In this document: positions 46,752-59,605 of the stretch, piece by piece | Numbering within the stretch: position 1 is the stretch's first letter | Layout of the letters: every line of letters begins with the position of its first letter | Source: Rebecca billardiae RCC1528 | Lineage: Eukaryota > Protista > Haptophyta | DNA length: 64,000 nucleotides | Assembly: GCA_965240325.2 (NCBI GenBank) | Contig: OZ251224.1 | Coordinates: forward strand, 3,286,001-3,350,000 | Direction: 5' to 3' | Translations under genes and position numbers: made by a program | Notes under the pieces: generated by a model | Database searches by the model: none | What the model saw: the letters and a program-made list of their open reading frames with translations, nothing else | What the model was told of the DNA's origin: nothing

Positions 46752-49335
46752 TCATCTGGTCAGCCGCGCGGTCGCCACCTTGCTGGGCGAGCCGCGGCCG
46801 AGGTACGCGTGCGCCTGCAGCCGGTCGGCGAGCGTCGCGTCGACGCGCTTGCCGCGAACGTGCACGTGCACGTGTGGCAGCTGCGGCTCCTTCCTGCCGC
46901 CACGCCCGCCCGGCCGCCGGCCCGAGCTCGAGTCGATGACGACCCACTCGCCCTGCCGCTTCTTGACGTGCGGCCGTCCGCTGTTGCGGTGCATGCGCTC
47001 TCGCGCGTACTCGGGGTCGAAGTGACCGCGGGACGGCGAGGCCGCGCGCTTCGCGCGCCGGCGGAGCGCGGCGAGCTCACGCGGCTCGAGCGCGGCCACC
47101 GAGCCGGGCTCGCCAGCGTCGTCGACGAAGCGGAACTGCGGCGCGCCGCCCGAGCGGCCGGGCAGCACGGTCGTGAAAGCCGCCTCTGCCTCGGGCAGCC
47201 GAGTGCCAGCCTTGCGCGCGCTCTCGGCGGCGATCAGGCTGTGCAGCTCCGCCGGCGCGCAGCGCTCGTCCGGCCGCAGGTCAACCGACCGATCAAAGTA
47301 CTGTGCCTCAAATAGCAGCGTCGCGAGCTCGGCGGTCGCGAGCTCGGGCACGCCGGCGCGGTGCGCCTCCTCCGCGAGCATCTGAGCGACCTCGGTCGGG
47401 CTGAGCCCAGGGTGGGTGCTCGGCGCGGCCGAAGGGGGGCTCGCGCCGCGCGCGGCGCCGCGCTCGTCGTGTGCGCCCGGCATGGCGGGCGGCTCCGGCG
47501 GCGGCGGGTGCGGCGTGTCGTCATCCCCTTCCGACCGCTCGTCCAGCCGCGCCTCCGCGGCGAGCGCCAGCATCTCCTCGACAGTTGTCTGCTCGGCGCG
47601 GTCGTAGAGGTCGAGCTTGCGGAGCCGGGAGAGCACGCTCGCCGAGTACGCGGGGGAGGGCTCGGCGGGCGGGAGCTCGGGCTCGGACAGCGGCGCGGGC
47701 GCGTCCGAGGCCCCGCCCTCGCGCAGCACGCCCCCGCCCTCTGCGCCAAGCATGCCCGCCGCGGCGCTCTGCAGCGCCTCCGGAGACGTGCGGCCAAAGT
47801 GGTGCGCGCGCTGCTCGAACTCGATGAAGCGCTCGAGCGGCCCGGACATGTCCGGGTGAAGGAGCGTGCTCGACGAGGCCGAGGCGTGGTCCAGGCGCTG
47901 CCGCGCGTACACGCGCTGCACGACCTCCTCGGACGCAAGTGCCGGGCGGCGCAGCGCCTTCGCACCCTCGCGCAGCCGCTCGCGAACCTGCGCGCGCGAG
48001 CGCGCGCCGCGCGCCGGACGGCCGGACGTGGCGGAGGCGCGTGAGCCTTCAGTCCGCATGTGGCGCCGTCTTCCTCGTGCGCGTCCCCAGCGCACGGCGC
48101 TGATTCGCCCGCCGCACTCGCATCCTGCGCGCTCCCGCGCGCCCTGCCCGCTCCCAACGCCGTGCCCGCGCGGCCGCGCGGCCGGCGCGCACGCGCACGC
48201 GCGCGCACCTGTTCCAATGAGAGAGCCGTGTCGAACTGCTGGTCGTACGCCGTGGCCATCTCGGCGAGCTGCTCGCGGCGGCGTCGCAGGTGCTCACGTG
48301 CCTCGTCGTCCTTCGCCGCCGCGTCCTGCGCCGCCTCCGACTCCGCCTGCAGCCGCTGCAGCAGCAGTGCCGCGCGCACGTGGTCGACCGGCAGCTGCAG
48401 CATGGCCGCCATCCGGTCCGCTGAGAAGACGATCGGATCGCGCGTGTGCAGCTCGTACATGCGCGCCTTCTGCCTGCTCGCACGCATGGGAGGGGGGCGA
48501 GCGCGGCGCCAACGCAGCCCGGCGACGCAGGGCGTCACGCGCGGAGAGCCGGTGCGCCGCGCGCTCGCTTAGCGTGGCTGCGGCGCGGGTCGGGCGCCGA
48601 GGCGCGCTGCGCTCACCGGTGGGTCAGCTCGGTCAGGTCCCACGGCATGCCCTCGGCGGCGTAGAGCGCCGTCTGCTGCGCGACGAGCTGGCGAGCACCG
48701 GGCGTGAGCATCTCGTCGCGCCACAGCTCGCCGACGAAGTTGGGCAGGTAGTGCACAGGCAGCTCTGGGACGAGCCTGTCCGGCGCAGCCGAGCCATCCG
48801 CGGCGGCTTCGGCCGGCGCGCCGTCGGCGTCGTCGACGTCCTCGGCGCCCGCAGCCTCTGCCCCGGGCTCGGGTGCGTCCTCGTCGACGACGTCGCTCGC
48901 CGGCGCGCCCTCGCCGCCGCCCTCCTCAGCCTCGCTGCCGGACTCAGCCGCGGCGCCGTCGGCCTCATCCTGCCCAAGGGCAACGCCATAGCACCCAGCA
49001 CGCCACTTCACGACCTGCTGCTGCTCCCATTCGAGGTACGCGTGGAAGTTCTCGTCGAGATGGCCGGTCATTGACTCGGCAAACCACTCCTCCGCGTGGC
49101 GCTGGCGCTCGTCCTCGCGGATCAGCGTGCCCACGATGCGGCTGTCAATCTCGCGCGACGAGTCGTTGACGAGCTCGGACGCATGCAGATCCTCGGCGAC
49201 GGCCGCGGTTGTGGTCACGGACGAGCGGGATGAGCCAGCAGCACGAGCTCGCTGCCCCGATCGCGCGCTTCCTGCGGAGCTCAGGGAGCGGCTCGGCGCG
49301 AGGACCCCTCGCGCGACTCGCCCGAGCCGCAGCAT
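46752..49335 (-). CDS. Mitochondrion-targeted multi-exon protein, possible mS45/Bot1-like mitoribosomal domain
   Basis: Transit-like MLRLGRVARG; middle exon 'KARMYELH...SADRMAAMLQLPVDHVRAALLLQ' resembles the Bot1p helix-turn-helix; three ORF segments bounded by GT/AG sites. Confidence 0.55.
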
Positions 49336-49545
49336 CGCAGCGTCGACGACGATCGCGAGGACGATCGACGATTCGACGATCGATTTTTCGCGCAGATCGA
49401 TGAATTCATAAAAGCGCCGCCATCCTCATAGTAGTCGATTTTATTCATTGAGCAGCAGATTTGTTTTGATGTCATCATCATTGAATATCGCCACGCGGTG
49501 AGACAGGCTTGATGGCGTGCATGTTGCAGTGCAACATTCGCGCAC

Positions 49546-50592
49546 CTAAGAGTACTTGTCCTTGGGCGGCCACAGGAGCAGCGCGCTCGTGCTCTCCATC
49601 ACCTGGCGGTAGTCCGGGCGGCGCTCCAGCGAGCGCTTGTCCATGAGCGGCACCGACGCGAAGCGGAAGAAGGCCCACATCAGCGCGGCGCCCGCGCACA
49701 GGAGCGGCTCCGACGCGACCACGCCCGAGCCGGACGCGAGGACGAGGAGGCCTGTCCAGAAGAGGCACTCGCCGCAGTAGTTCGGGTGGCGCGACCACCG
49801 CCACAGCCCCGTGCGGCACGAGCCGGACGCGCGCGCCTCGCGGTGCTTCCGCAGCTGCTCGTCCGCGACGGCCTCGATGCCGATGGCTGCGAGCGTGAGC
49901 GCGACGCCGAGGGCGTCGACCTCGGAGAGCGGCGGTGCACGGTCGCCGAGCAGGATGACGCGGCCGAGTGGGCAGAGCGCCGCGTACACGAGCAGCGTTG
50001 GCGTCAGGTGCAGCGAGCTGAACGAGAAGCACCAGTAGGCCACCTCGCTCGGCATGCCCGCGCGGATCTGAGCGTACCGCCCTGCGGCCGGGAGCGCGCG
50101 CGGCGCGCGGTGCGAGGGGGCAGCCGTGAGCCCGGGCTGCGCGCGGAGCATTGGGCCTGCGGGGCCGACGGCCGCATTCGCCTCGCACGCGCGCGTGCTC
50201 GCGCGCGCACAGTCCTCGTGCGTGATGCCGCGCGTCCAGCCGTCCCAGGGCACGAGCACGAAGAAGCGCACCGCCCAGACCCACAGGAGCACGATGCCGA
50301 GTGTCTCGCGCGGCTCAAAGTAGAGGAAGCCGCCCGGCGCGTGCGCCTTCCAGTAGAAGCCGAGCGCGAGCGGCGCGATCGCCCAGTACGGGTCGTACAC
50401 GGAGCTGTTGCTCGACCACAGCGAGAAGAGGTACACGACGGCGGTCGCGACCGTGGTGAGCACCAGGCCGCGCCAGAGGAAGCCCATCGAAGGCGCGAGC
50501 TCGTCGAGCACGGGGTGGACGAATATGGCGGCGAGTAGGGCCATCACGTATGCCGTCCAGCATAGCGTCGCCGACGCACTCCCCGCGCTCAT
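49546..50592 (-). CDS. DUF1295 / steroid 5-alpha-reductase-like membrane protein (one intron)
   Basis: NSSVYDPYW, spliced EDWRY, AVADEQL and GLWRWSRHPNYCGE. Confidence 0.88.
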   Translation of the reverse strand: MSAGSASATLCWTAYVMALLAAIFVHPVLDELAPSMGFLWRGLVLTTVATAVVYLFSLWSSNSSVYDPYWAIAPLALGFYWKAHAPGGFLYFEPRETLGIVLLWVWAVRFFVLVPWDGWTRGITHEDCARASTRACEANAAVGPAGPMLRAQPGLTAAPSHRAPRALPAAGRYAQIRAGMPSEVAYWCFSFSSLHLTPTLLVYAALCPLGRVILLGDRAPPLSEVDALGVALTLAAIGIEAVADEQLRKHREARASGSCRTGLWRWSRHPNYCGECLFWTGLLVLASGSGVVASEPLLCAGAALMWAFFRFASVPLMDKRSLERRPDYRQVMESTSALLLWPPKDKYS

Positions 50593-50775
50593 GGCGCCAG
50601 CGGCGCGCGGCCTGATGCCGGGAGGTCGCGGCCGTCGCTGGGCGAGGACTCGAAGAGCGCCTCTCGCGGCGTCTTCGATCTCGTCGCGTCGAAAATCGCG
50701 AAAATAATCTCCTCCCAGCTTTTGACTTTTCGTCTCGATGTCGTTTCATCACCTTGCCAGGCGGGGCGAACAGCC

Positions 50776-52214
50776 ATGGCGGCCGCCCAGGCTGCGTTCG
50801 TCACCCAGCCAGACCCAAGGCACGCGCATACGCGCCGCGGGCGCGCCGGCCGCCGCGTCGCGCGCGTGTCGCACGCGCACGGTCTCGCACTCACCCCGCA
50901 TCGCCGCCGCCGCGGTGCGTCCGTGCCGCCGCTCGACCACCTGCCGCCGCGCGCAGTGCGTTCCTCAACGCGACCGCCGCGCCGCCCGATGGCGTGCCAG
51001 ACGCCTCGACGACGTCGCAGTCGACGCTGCTGCTGCAGAAGAAGAAGGAGATGATGGACGTGCAACAGCAGCTCGACCGCAAGAAGGAGGAGTGCCGAAA
51101 GCGCATGCAGCGCTGCCAGATCAAGGAGGTCGAGCTGGCGACGCGTCAGGAGCAGCTCAAGGAGCGCGTCGCCAAGTTCGACAAGTTCCTGCGCGACACG
51201 GACACGAAGCGCACGCGCGCGGTGCGGCGGGAGCAGGACGAGATCAAGGTGGCCGACCAGAAGATGCTCGAGATCCGCCAGCTGCAGGAGACCTTCGTCA
51301 AGTCGACCGAGGAGCGCGACCACGTCGAGGCGACGCTCGAGCGCAACCAGGCGTACGAGCAGTTCCTCCTGCACGTGTGCGACTCGACGGAGTACTTCTC
51401 GGAGATCTCGGACATCCTGATGCGGCACGACACGCTGGTCGCGGCGAACGCCGACCTGCTCCAGCGCATCACGCAGGCGCAGGCCGAGGCCGAGGAGATG
51501 CGCGCACGCCTCTCTCTGTATGTGAAGGAGGCGCAGACCGAGTCGCTCGTGCACAACTCCGAGATCGCCGCGCAGCAGCAGGCGCTGGAGGAGTTCAAGC
51601 GGCGGGTGTCGCAGATGGAGCTGGAGCTCTCGCGCAACGAGGGCGGCGCGAAGGAGCGCTCGCGCGAGCTCGGCGAGATCAACATGGCCATCCAGAACAT
51701 CTACGTGCGGTGCGAGAAGACCAAGATGAGAGTGCCAACGGTCGACCCGCCCACGCAGCCAGAGCGGCTGGGCGCGGCCGAGGTGATGCCGCTGCTCGAC
51801 ACGATCGAGACGCGGGTCACCGACCTGCTGGCGATCCTCAAAGCGCTCAAGGAGCACAGGCGACAGGCCGCCGCCAACGCCGCCGCCAATGCCGCCGCCC
51901 CGGGCGTGCTGCCACCCGGCACAACAGGCATTCTGCGCGAGCCGGGCGCGGGCGCGAACGAGCGCGCAATGGGCGCGGGCGCAGGCGTCGGCGTCAGCTT
52001 GAATACGAGCGGCCAGTCGGGTGGGGGCGAGCGCCTACAGCGCTCGCAGCGCGGGGGTGACACGAGTGGCGGTGGTGGCACGGCGCTCAGCCGGCGGGTC
52101 AGTCTCTCGGCGTCGCGGGGTGCGACGCGCCTCATCCCCTCGGACGCGCTGGAGACGTCGCGCTCCAACGCCTCGGTGCTCTCGCGATCCAACGAAAGCC
52201 AGCGCGCGACCTAG
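50776..52214 (+). CDS. CFAP73: CFAP73/CCDC42-like (DUF4200) flagellar coiled-coil protein; GC-AG intron 50820-50956
   Basis: STLLLQKKKEM..VQQQLDRKKEE...KFDKFLRDTDTKRTRA and Y..FL..V...EYFSEISDILMRHDTL. Confidence 0.8.
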
Positions 52215-52727
52215 CGCGCTAGTAAATATTTACGGCGGTATGCTGGAAGTAGCGTAGCCTGAACTCGGACGACGAGTTCATGCAGGCGCGGATGACGCGA
52301 CGCGAATGACGATCGGCATCCGAAGCTGTGAGTACAGAGTAGTAGCAGTAGACAGTATAGTGTCTATAGTGATGAGGCCATCGGGCCGCGTTATTGACCA
52401 CATGATGAGGCGACGCCGACTCGGTTCTAATTAGGCGCTCGCAGCCGCCAACTAGCAAGCACCTCCTAAGGGCTTGCGCCACTTGCGCGCAGTACTCAGC
52501 AGCGCGCTGCTGCACAGTGCTGAGTGCACAGCAACGGGCTGCGCCGCGCGTATGGGCCAGCCCATGCGCGTTTAGCGGCTCCATGCGACCTAGGGGGTGC
52601 CCCTGACATAGCGATTAGCGAGCCTCCTCGGGCTCGGCGCACACGCGCGCAGCGGCGGCTTCACAGTATACTAACAATTAAGAGACTCGCACACTCAGCT
52701 CAGGCCAGGCGACATTGACGCCCTCGT

Positions 52728-53040
52728 CAAGGGCGGTAAGGGCTGCAAACTCCCAGTGCCGCGAGTGAGAGGAGGTTGGGTACCGATCAACTCGTGCGCC
52801 CTCGCGGCGCAGCGGCAAGGTCTTCCGGGGCGCCGCCCTGGAGGGTGCGTGGGGTGGCGCACGCCGCGTGCTCCTGCGCCCGCGGCAGCGGGCGCGGACA
52901 CGGCGCGCGTGGTTGGTCGCATGCTAGACAGCACGTAGTACCCTCCCGCGCCGCGCACCGCGCTCGCTGGCGCCCTCGCCGTGCCTCACGGGCCAGCCCG
53001 CGCCCGCGCGCCGCACCAAGATCCAGCGGGCGCACGAGTT
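52728..53040. mobile_element. Solo diverged TIR of foldback family B
   Basis: Begins CAAGGGCGGTAAGGGCTGCAAACTCCCAGTG and tracks the 19351 TIR for about 300 bp; no partner or TSD found. Confidence 0.75.
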
Positions 53041-53100
53041 TGCCCTCGAACGGTAGAGTAAGTAACAATAATGGTGTGTCGTAATTTGTGCTGTGATGTA

Positions 53101-53217
53101 ATTTATTAACGACGTGGTATGCAACGGGCAGGCGTCAGAGTCAGCAAGCTGTAGCAGCAGATCGAGCAGCAGAGACAAACACCAGGATCAGCGCTCCTCG
53201 CCGTCGTCCCCCCCCTC
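53101..53217 (-). mobile_element. 5'-truncated LINE/SINE-like 3' end (subfamily 2)
   Basis: Matches 62893-63037; shares the terminal aacgacgtggtatgcaac with subfamily 1; AATAAA on the minus strand. Confidence 0.6.
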
Positions 53218-54189
53218 ATAGTGATGTAATTTATGAGCCCTTGCACGCCTATGTAGATATTTGCTGAATAGACTCGTCAAAAATAATGGTAGTAGTGACT
53301 GATCTGGTCGCCATTCAGCCAGGTTTGGCGTTTGCCACTGGCGACTGCACACGGCAACAGGGGCGTTTGCGCCCTGTTGTCGTGTGCACACTGGGGCGCA
53401 AAAGGGGTCACCCTCAGGGGGTTTCGCACTGCTGTTGCCGTGTGCACCGGCCCGCTGTGGCCGTGCACACGGCAACAGGGCGCAAACGGCCCTGTTGCCG
53501 TGTGCAGGCGTGCATGGCTTGCGATGGCAGCCAGCCGTCAGCAGGGCGCCACGCCCACTGTTCGTTGGTAGGCTGGCCCGATGGCGTCGCGGAGCTCACG
53601 CGTACGGGGGAGGAGGGCATCGACGAGGAGACGACCAAGGGCGAGAAGCAGCAGGGGGCACGCAGCACGGGGCTCGGAGCATGCAGCGAGCACGCGTGCC
53701 TCCATACCGTCGCACATCAACCTTGCTCGTAGCTGTGCGCTGTGCTGCCACTCATCTCACCATCGCCCATGCTACGGGCGCGGCCCGGTGGTGGGCATCT
53801 ACCTGTCGGCGCAGCACTGGCACCGGTGGTCGCCAGACACTCCTCGACTTGCTCTGCGCGTCACAGCAAGGAGACGGCAGCGGCACAGCTGCGTGAGCAC
53901 ATGAGGTCCTACTACTCTAGTAGTACTCGGCGAGGCAGTACAGGCATGGACTGCACTCCAGGTGCATGCGAGCTACTGGCATACTCCCCTACTCAGACCG
54001 CAGGACCATCAATGCGGCGCTGCTTCGGATACACGAGCGCAGCGCTGCTGGTAACAGCGGCGCTGTTGATGCTGCAGCAGCAGTACGTACAGTATAATGA
54101 CGGGCGGCAGCAGTTGCTCCAACTAACAGCTCGGTGGTGCTCGCTTGAACGGCCTGGGCAATGGCGCGCCAAACGCAGCGACCTGGCCC

Positions 54190-56520
54190 ATCGCGCCCGC
54201 CGCGATGGGGTCGCTGGCACCTGATGATGCTGCACCCGCGCCCATCCGGGCCGCCAACACCAGCGGCAGCCACGCTCGAGTCTGCACTGCATGCGGCAGC
54301 AGCTGCTGGAATGGTCCCGCGGCGGATGACGGCTTTCGCCGCAGATGACAGCTCGGTGTCGCTCGCTCGAGGGGCCTCGTCGATGGACGCGCCGAGCGCC
54401 GTGACGTTGCTCCACACGACCACGGCACTGCCCAGCGCGCTGGAGCCGCTGCCATCTGGTGCTGCTGTGCCCGCGCCCAGCTGGGGCCCAGCTGCAGCTG
54501 CACTTGACTCCGCGCCGCATTGGCTGCAGCAGCAGGGATGGTGCCACGGCGGGCGGCGTGGGTCGGCGCAGCTGTCAGCTCGGCGGTGCGCGCCCGAGGG
54601 GCCCGGGCATTGGATGCACCGAGCGCGGTGTCACTGCTCGCCTCCCGCAGCGCGCTGGAGCCGCTGCCATCCGACGCTGCTGCGCCCGCGCCCAGCTTGG
54701 GCAGCAGCGGCTGCGCTAGACTCCGCGCCGCGTGCGGCAGCAGCAGCAGGGATGGTGCCACGGTGGGCAGCGGCGGTTGCTGGAGCTGAAAACTCGGCTG
54801 TGTGCGCCCGAGGGGCCTGGGCGGTGGGCGCACCGAGCGCGGTGCCGCTGCTCGCCTCGCCCATGGCGCTCGAGCCGCTGCCATCCGACGCTGCTGCGCA
54901 CGCGCCAAGCTTGGGCAGCAGCGGCTGCGCTCGACTCCGCGCCGCGTGCGGCAGCAGCAGCAGGGATGGTGCCACGGTGGGCGGCGGCGGTCGCTGGAGC
55001 TGAAAGCTCGGCTGTGTGCGCCCGAGGGGCCTGGGCGGTGGGCGCACCGAACGCGGTGCCGCTGCTCGCCTCGCCCATGGCGCTCGAGCCGCTGCCATCC
55101 GACGCTGCTGCGCCCGCGCCAAGCTTGGGCAGCAGCGGCTGCGCTCGACTCCGCGCCGAGTGCGGCGGCAGCAGCAGGGATGATGCCACGGCGGGCGGCG
55201 TGGGTCGCTGGAGCTGAAAGCTCGGCGGTGTGCGCCCGAGGGGCGTGGGTGCTGGACGCACCGAGCGCGGTGCCGCTGCTCGCCTCGCCCATGGCGCTCG
55301 AGCCGCTGCCATCCGGTGCTGGTGCGCCCACGCCCAGCTGGGGCAGCAGCAGCAGCGGCGCTCGACTCCGCGCCGCGTGCGGCAGCAGCAGCAGGAATGG
55401 TGCCACTGTGGGCGGCGGCGGTTGCTGCAGCCGGCAGCTCGGTGGCGCACGCCCGAGGGGCCTGGGCTGCAGACGCGCTGAGCGCGCCATCGCCGCTCGC
55501 CTCCCGCAGCGCGCTGGAGCCCTGCCATCCGACGCTGCTGCGCTTGCGCCCAGCTTGGGCAGCAGCAGCTGCGCTCGACTCCGCGCCGCGTGCGGCGGCA
55601 GCAGCAGGGATGGTGCCACGGCGGGTGGCGGCGGTCGACGCAGCTGAAAGCTCGGCGGTGCACGCCCGAGGGGCCTGGGCGGTGGGCGCACCGAACGCGG
55701 TGCCGCTGCTCGCCTCCCGCAGCGCGCTGGAGCCGCTGCCATCCGATGCTGCTGCACCAGCGCCCAGCTTGGGCAGCAGCAGCCGCGCCTGACTCCGCGC
55801 CGCGTGCGGCGGCAGCAGCAGGGATGGTGCCACGGCGGGCGGCGGCGGTCGACGCAGCTGGAAGCTCGGCAGCGCACGCCCGAGGGGCCTGGGCGCTGGG
55901 CGCACCGAACGCGGTGCCGCTGCTCGCCTCGCCCATGGCGCTCGAGCCGCTGCCATCCGACGCTGCTGCGCCCGCGCCCAGCTTGGGCAGCAGCGGCTGC
56001 GCTCGACTCCGCACCGCGTGCGGCAGCAGCAGCAGGGATGGTGGCACGGCGGGCGGCGGTGGTTGCTGCAGCCGGCAGCTCGGCGGTGCACGCCCGAGGG
56101 GCCTGGGCGCTGGACGCACCGAGCGCGGTGCCGCTGCTCGCCTCGCCCATAGCGCTGGAGCCGCTGCCATCCAGTGCTGCTGCGCCCGCGCCCGGCCAGG
56201 GCAGCAGCAGCAGCGCTCCACTCCGCGCCGCGTGCGGCAGCAGCAGCAGGGATGGTGCCACGGCGGGCGGCCGCAGCAGCTGAAAGCTTGGCAGTGCCCA
56301 CCCGAGAGGCGTGGGCGCTGGACGCACCGAGCGCGGTGTAGCCGCTCGCCTCGTTCCGTAGCGCGCTCGAGCCTCTGCCATCCGATGCCGCTGCGCCCGT
56401 GCCCCGGCGCCGCTGCACGGCTGCAGCTGGCAGGCCTGGCAGCAGCTGCGCTCCGGAGGCTTCGCGCCGCATGCGGTGGTAGCAGCAGGGAGGTGCCACG
56501 GCCAAGCCGGCGGCGGTGGT
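54190..56520 (+). repeat. 214-bp tandem array, about 11 units (left arm)
   Basis: Anchor ccgctgccat at 54446, 54661, 54875, 55089, 55303, about 55519, 55733, 55947, 56161 and about 56372. Confidence 0.92.
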
Positions 56521-57339
56521 CGGGCGGTGCTGAGTGCTGCTTGGCACGCGCGCCGACCGGTCGTCGTTAAAACTATTGTATCATACGTACTCTACTACAG
56601 TACTACGGTCCCGGCGTATAAGTATAGACTGCTGACCAGCTGACCGTGACCGTGTCGCGCCGGAGTGTAGCACGGTGATGACGCCAGCAGTCGAGCTGCT
56701 ACTGCTGCTGCTCACTACTGATGCTCGTACATTGATGAGTTAGCTTCTACTAACTTACACTGTGAGCCGCCAGGCCCAGCACGACTTGTCGTCGCGACAG
56801 TCCGGCCGGACGCGGACGACGAGACCATCACATCACTGATAAGTGACTAGCTACGCGAGCAGTCAGGCTGTGACGGCGGACAGACGACAACACCGCCGCC
56901 AGGGTACCGATCCGGATAGACCGCTAGGTGGAGTAAGAGTCACTTCAGAGTATATATATACGCACATGACGGCAGAGTGTCGGACAGCCGCCGCCCCGGA
57001 GCTGGCTGATGCATCGTCGTAGTCGGAGTACCGCTCTGAACGGCTAGTCGGAGCAGATTGACGATGATTCGAGATATATGCTCGGTGCCGTAGTACGCGT
57101 GGATAATTTAAAGAGTTCTTACGTCGTACTCGTCTAGGCAGATGCTGATGTAGTGATGACGATGCATGATGCTGCTGATAACTTCTGCATCGCCTACCTG
57201 CCGGGCTACGACTGGTATGCGCCGCCGGCCTTATGAATATGAGCTGACCGGCATTGCCCGCCCCGGAACCTGCTGGCGGCTCGGCTCGCAGCAGGACAGA
57301 AGAAGTGTCGTAGCAACAGCTCCGGGGGCTGGCCAGCGC

Positions 57340-58545
57340 GCCTGACGCGTGCATCAGCGTCACTGCATTGCGCGCGTCTGCCGCCCAGGCCCCTCGCGCG
57401 TGCAGCACCGAGCTGCTAGCTGCATGCACCGCCGCCCGCCCGCCGTGGCGCCATCCCTGATGCTGCAGCCGCACTCGGCGCGACAGGGCGCGGGCGCGGC
57501 AGCATCGGATGGCAGCGGCTCGAGCGCGCCGGGCGAGGCGAGAGGCGTCAGCGCGCTCAATGCACCCACCGCCCAGGCCCCTCAGGCGCACACCGCCGAG
57601 CTTTCAGCTCTAGCGTCGTCGCCCACCGTAGCACCATCCCTGCTGCTGCCGCCCCACGCGGCGCGGAGTCGAGCGCAGCCGCTGCTGCGCAAGCTTGGCG
57701 CGGGTGCAGCAGCGTCGGATGGCAGCGGCTCCAGCGCCATGGGCGAGGCGAGCAGCGGCACCGCGTTCGGTGCGTCCAGCGCCCAGGCCCCTCGGGCGTG
57801 CACCGCCGAGCCGACAGCTCCGTCGACCGCCGCCGCCCGCCGTGGCACCATCCCTGCTGCTGCCGCCGCACTCTGCGCGGAGTCGAGCGCAGCCGCTGCT
57901 GCCCAAGCTTGGCGCGGGCGCAGCAGCGTCGGATGGCAGCGGCTCCAGCGCCATGGGCGAGGCGAGCAGCGGCACCGCGTTCGGTGCGCCCACCGCCCAG
58001 GCCCCTCAGGCGCACACCGCCGAGCTTTCAGCTCTAGCGACCGTCGTCGCCCGCCGTAGCACCATCCCTGGTGCTGCCGCCCCACGCGGCGCGGAGTCGA
58101 GCGCAGCCGCTGCTGCCCAAGCTTGGCGCGGGCGCAGCAGCGTCGGATGGCAGCGGCTCCAGCGCCATGGGCGAGGCGAGCAGCGGCACCGCGTTCGGTG
58201 CGCCCACCACCCAGGCCCCTCGGGCGTGCACCGCCGAGCCGACAGCTCCGTCGACCGCCGCCGGCCGCCGTGGCACCATCCCTGCTGCTGCCACGGCACG
58301 CGGCGCGGAGTTGAGCGCAGCTGCTGCTGCCCAAGCTGGGCGCGGGCACAGTAGTGCTCGAGGCAGCGGCTCCAGCGCGCTTGGCAGTGCCGTGGGCGCA
58401 TCGAGCAGCGTCACCACGCTCGGCGCGTCCGTCGTCCAGGCCCTTCGAACCAGTGACACCAAGCTGTCAGCCGCGGCGACCGCCGTCATCCGTGCAGGAC
58501 CATCCCAACGGCCCAGCTGCTGCTGCCGCGTGCAGCATAGAGTAG
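57340..58545 (-). repeat. 214-bp tandem array, about 5-6 units, inverted (right arm)
   Basis: Anchor gatggcagcggctc at 57508, 57718, 57932, 58146 and about 58360; reverse complement of the left-arm unit. Confidence 0.92.
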
Positions 58546-59605
58546 AGCGCCCCTCAGCCTGCCGGCAGAGTGGGGCGCAGGTGTTTGAAGCAGCACCCGG
58601 CGGTTGGTCCTGCGCTCCTGGGCACGGCTATGTACCTGTTGGTCTCATGAATGCGGGGGAATGCCAGCGCTCGCCACGCGTGCTCAGCTTCTCAGCCTCG
58701 CAAAGCAGAGGAGCACTTCATCTGCGAGCTCACACAGCTGTGCCGCTGCCGTCTCCTTGCTGTGACGCGCAGAGCAAGTCGAGGAGTGTCTGGCGACCAC
58801 CGGTGCCAGTGCTGCGCCGACAGGTAGATGCCCACCACCCGGCCGCGCCCGTAGCATGGGCGATGGTGAGATGAGTGGCAGCACAGCGCACAGCTACGAG
58901 CAAGGTTGATGTGCGACGGTGTGGAGGCACGCGTGCTCGCGGCATGCTCCGAGCCCCGTGCTGCGTGCCCCCTGCTGCTTCTCGCCCTTGGTCGTCTCCT
59001 CGTCGATGCCCTCCTCCCCCGTACGCGTGAGCTCCGCGACGCCATCGGGCCAGCCTACCAACGAACAGTGGGCGTGGCGCCCTGCTGACGGCTGGCTGCC
59101 ATCGCAAGCCATGCACGCCTGCACACGGCAACAGGGCCGTTTGCGCCCTGTTGCCGTGTGCACGGCCACAGCGGGCCGGTGCACACGGCAACAGCAGTGC
59201 GAAACCCCCTGAGGGTGACCCCTTTTGCGCCCCAGTGTGCACACGACAACAGGGCGCAAACGCCCCTGTTGCCGTGTGCAGTCGCCAGTGGCAAACGCCA
59301 GACCTTACTGCGCCATTATGATGTGGTCACCGTTCGCCGACTCTGATGAGGTACGCATCGATGAATATCATCATGGAAGTGGGCCATGCCGTCAAAGGAA
59401 TGAAACCGTTAATTATCCGTGGGCTGGGAAGTGGGAATCCACGGCTTCGTTCGCATCGACGACGATGATGATTCCATTGATTCGCTCCCGAGGGCCGAGG
59501 CCAATTTGCCCACGACTCGGTGTCACTACCGAGTACGCACGTGCACTCCCCGGGAGCGTTGCTTTACTTATGCGCACGGCTCGCACAGCTCAGCCCCCAC
59601 CGACG

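Larger units (their letters stand above)
53316..59310. mobile_element. 6-kb foldback element (family C): about 580-bp TIRs plus inverted 214-bp tandem arrays
   Basis: Ends CAGCCAGGTTTGGCG...CGCCAGACCTTACTG, 7-bp TSD CGCCATT at 53309-53315 and 59311-59317; TIRs 53316-about 53897 and about 58728-59310. Confidence 0.9.

Noticed and set aside
52728-53240. Complete family B element ending at CCCTTG near 53238
   Set aside because: No extended inverted match and no 7-bp TSD; treated as a solo TIR.
54190-58545. CRISPR-like array
   Set aside because: Units repeat along their whole length with no unique spacers, there are no cas genes, and the context is eukaryotic.
54123-58874. Long ORFs (752, 638, 501 aa etc.) across the 214-bp arrays
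   Set aside because: The unit length is not a multiple of 3, all three frames are open on one strand because of GC richness, and the translations cycle through frames; not credible proteins.
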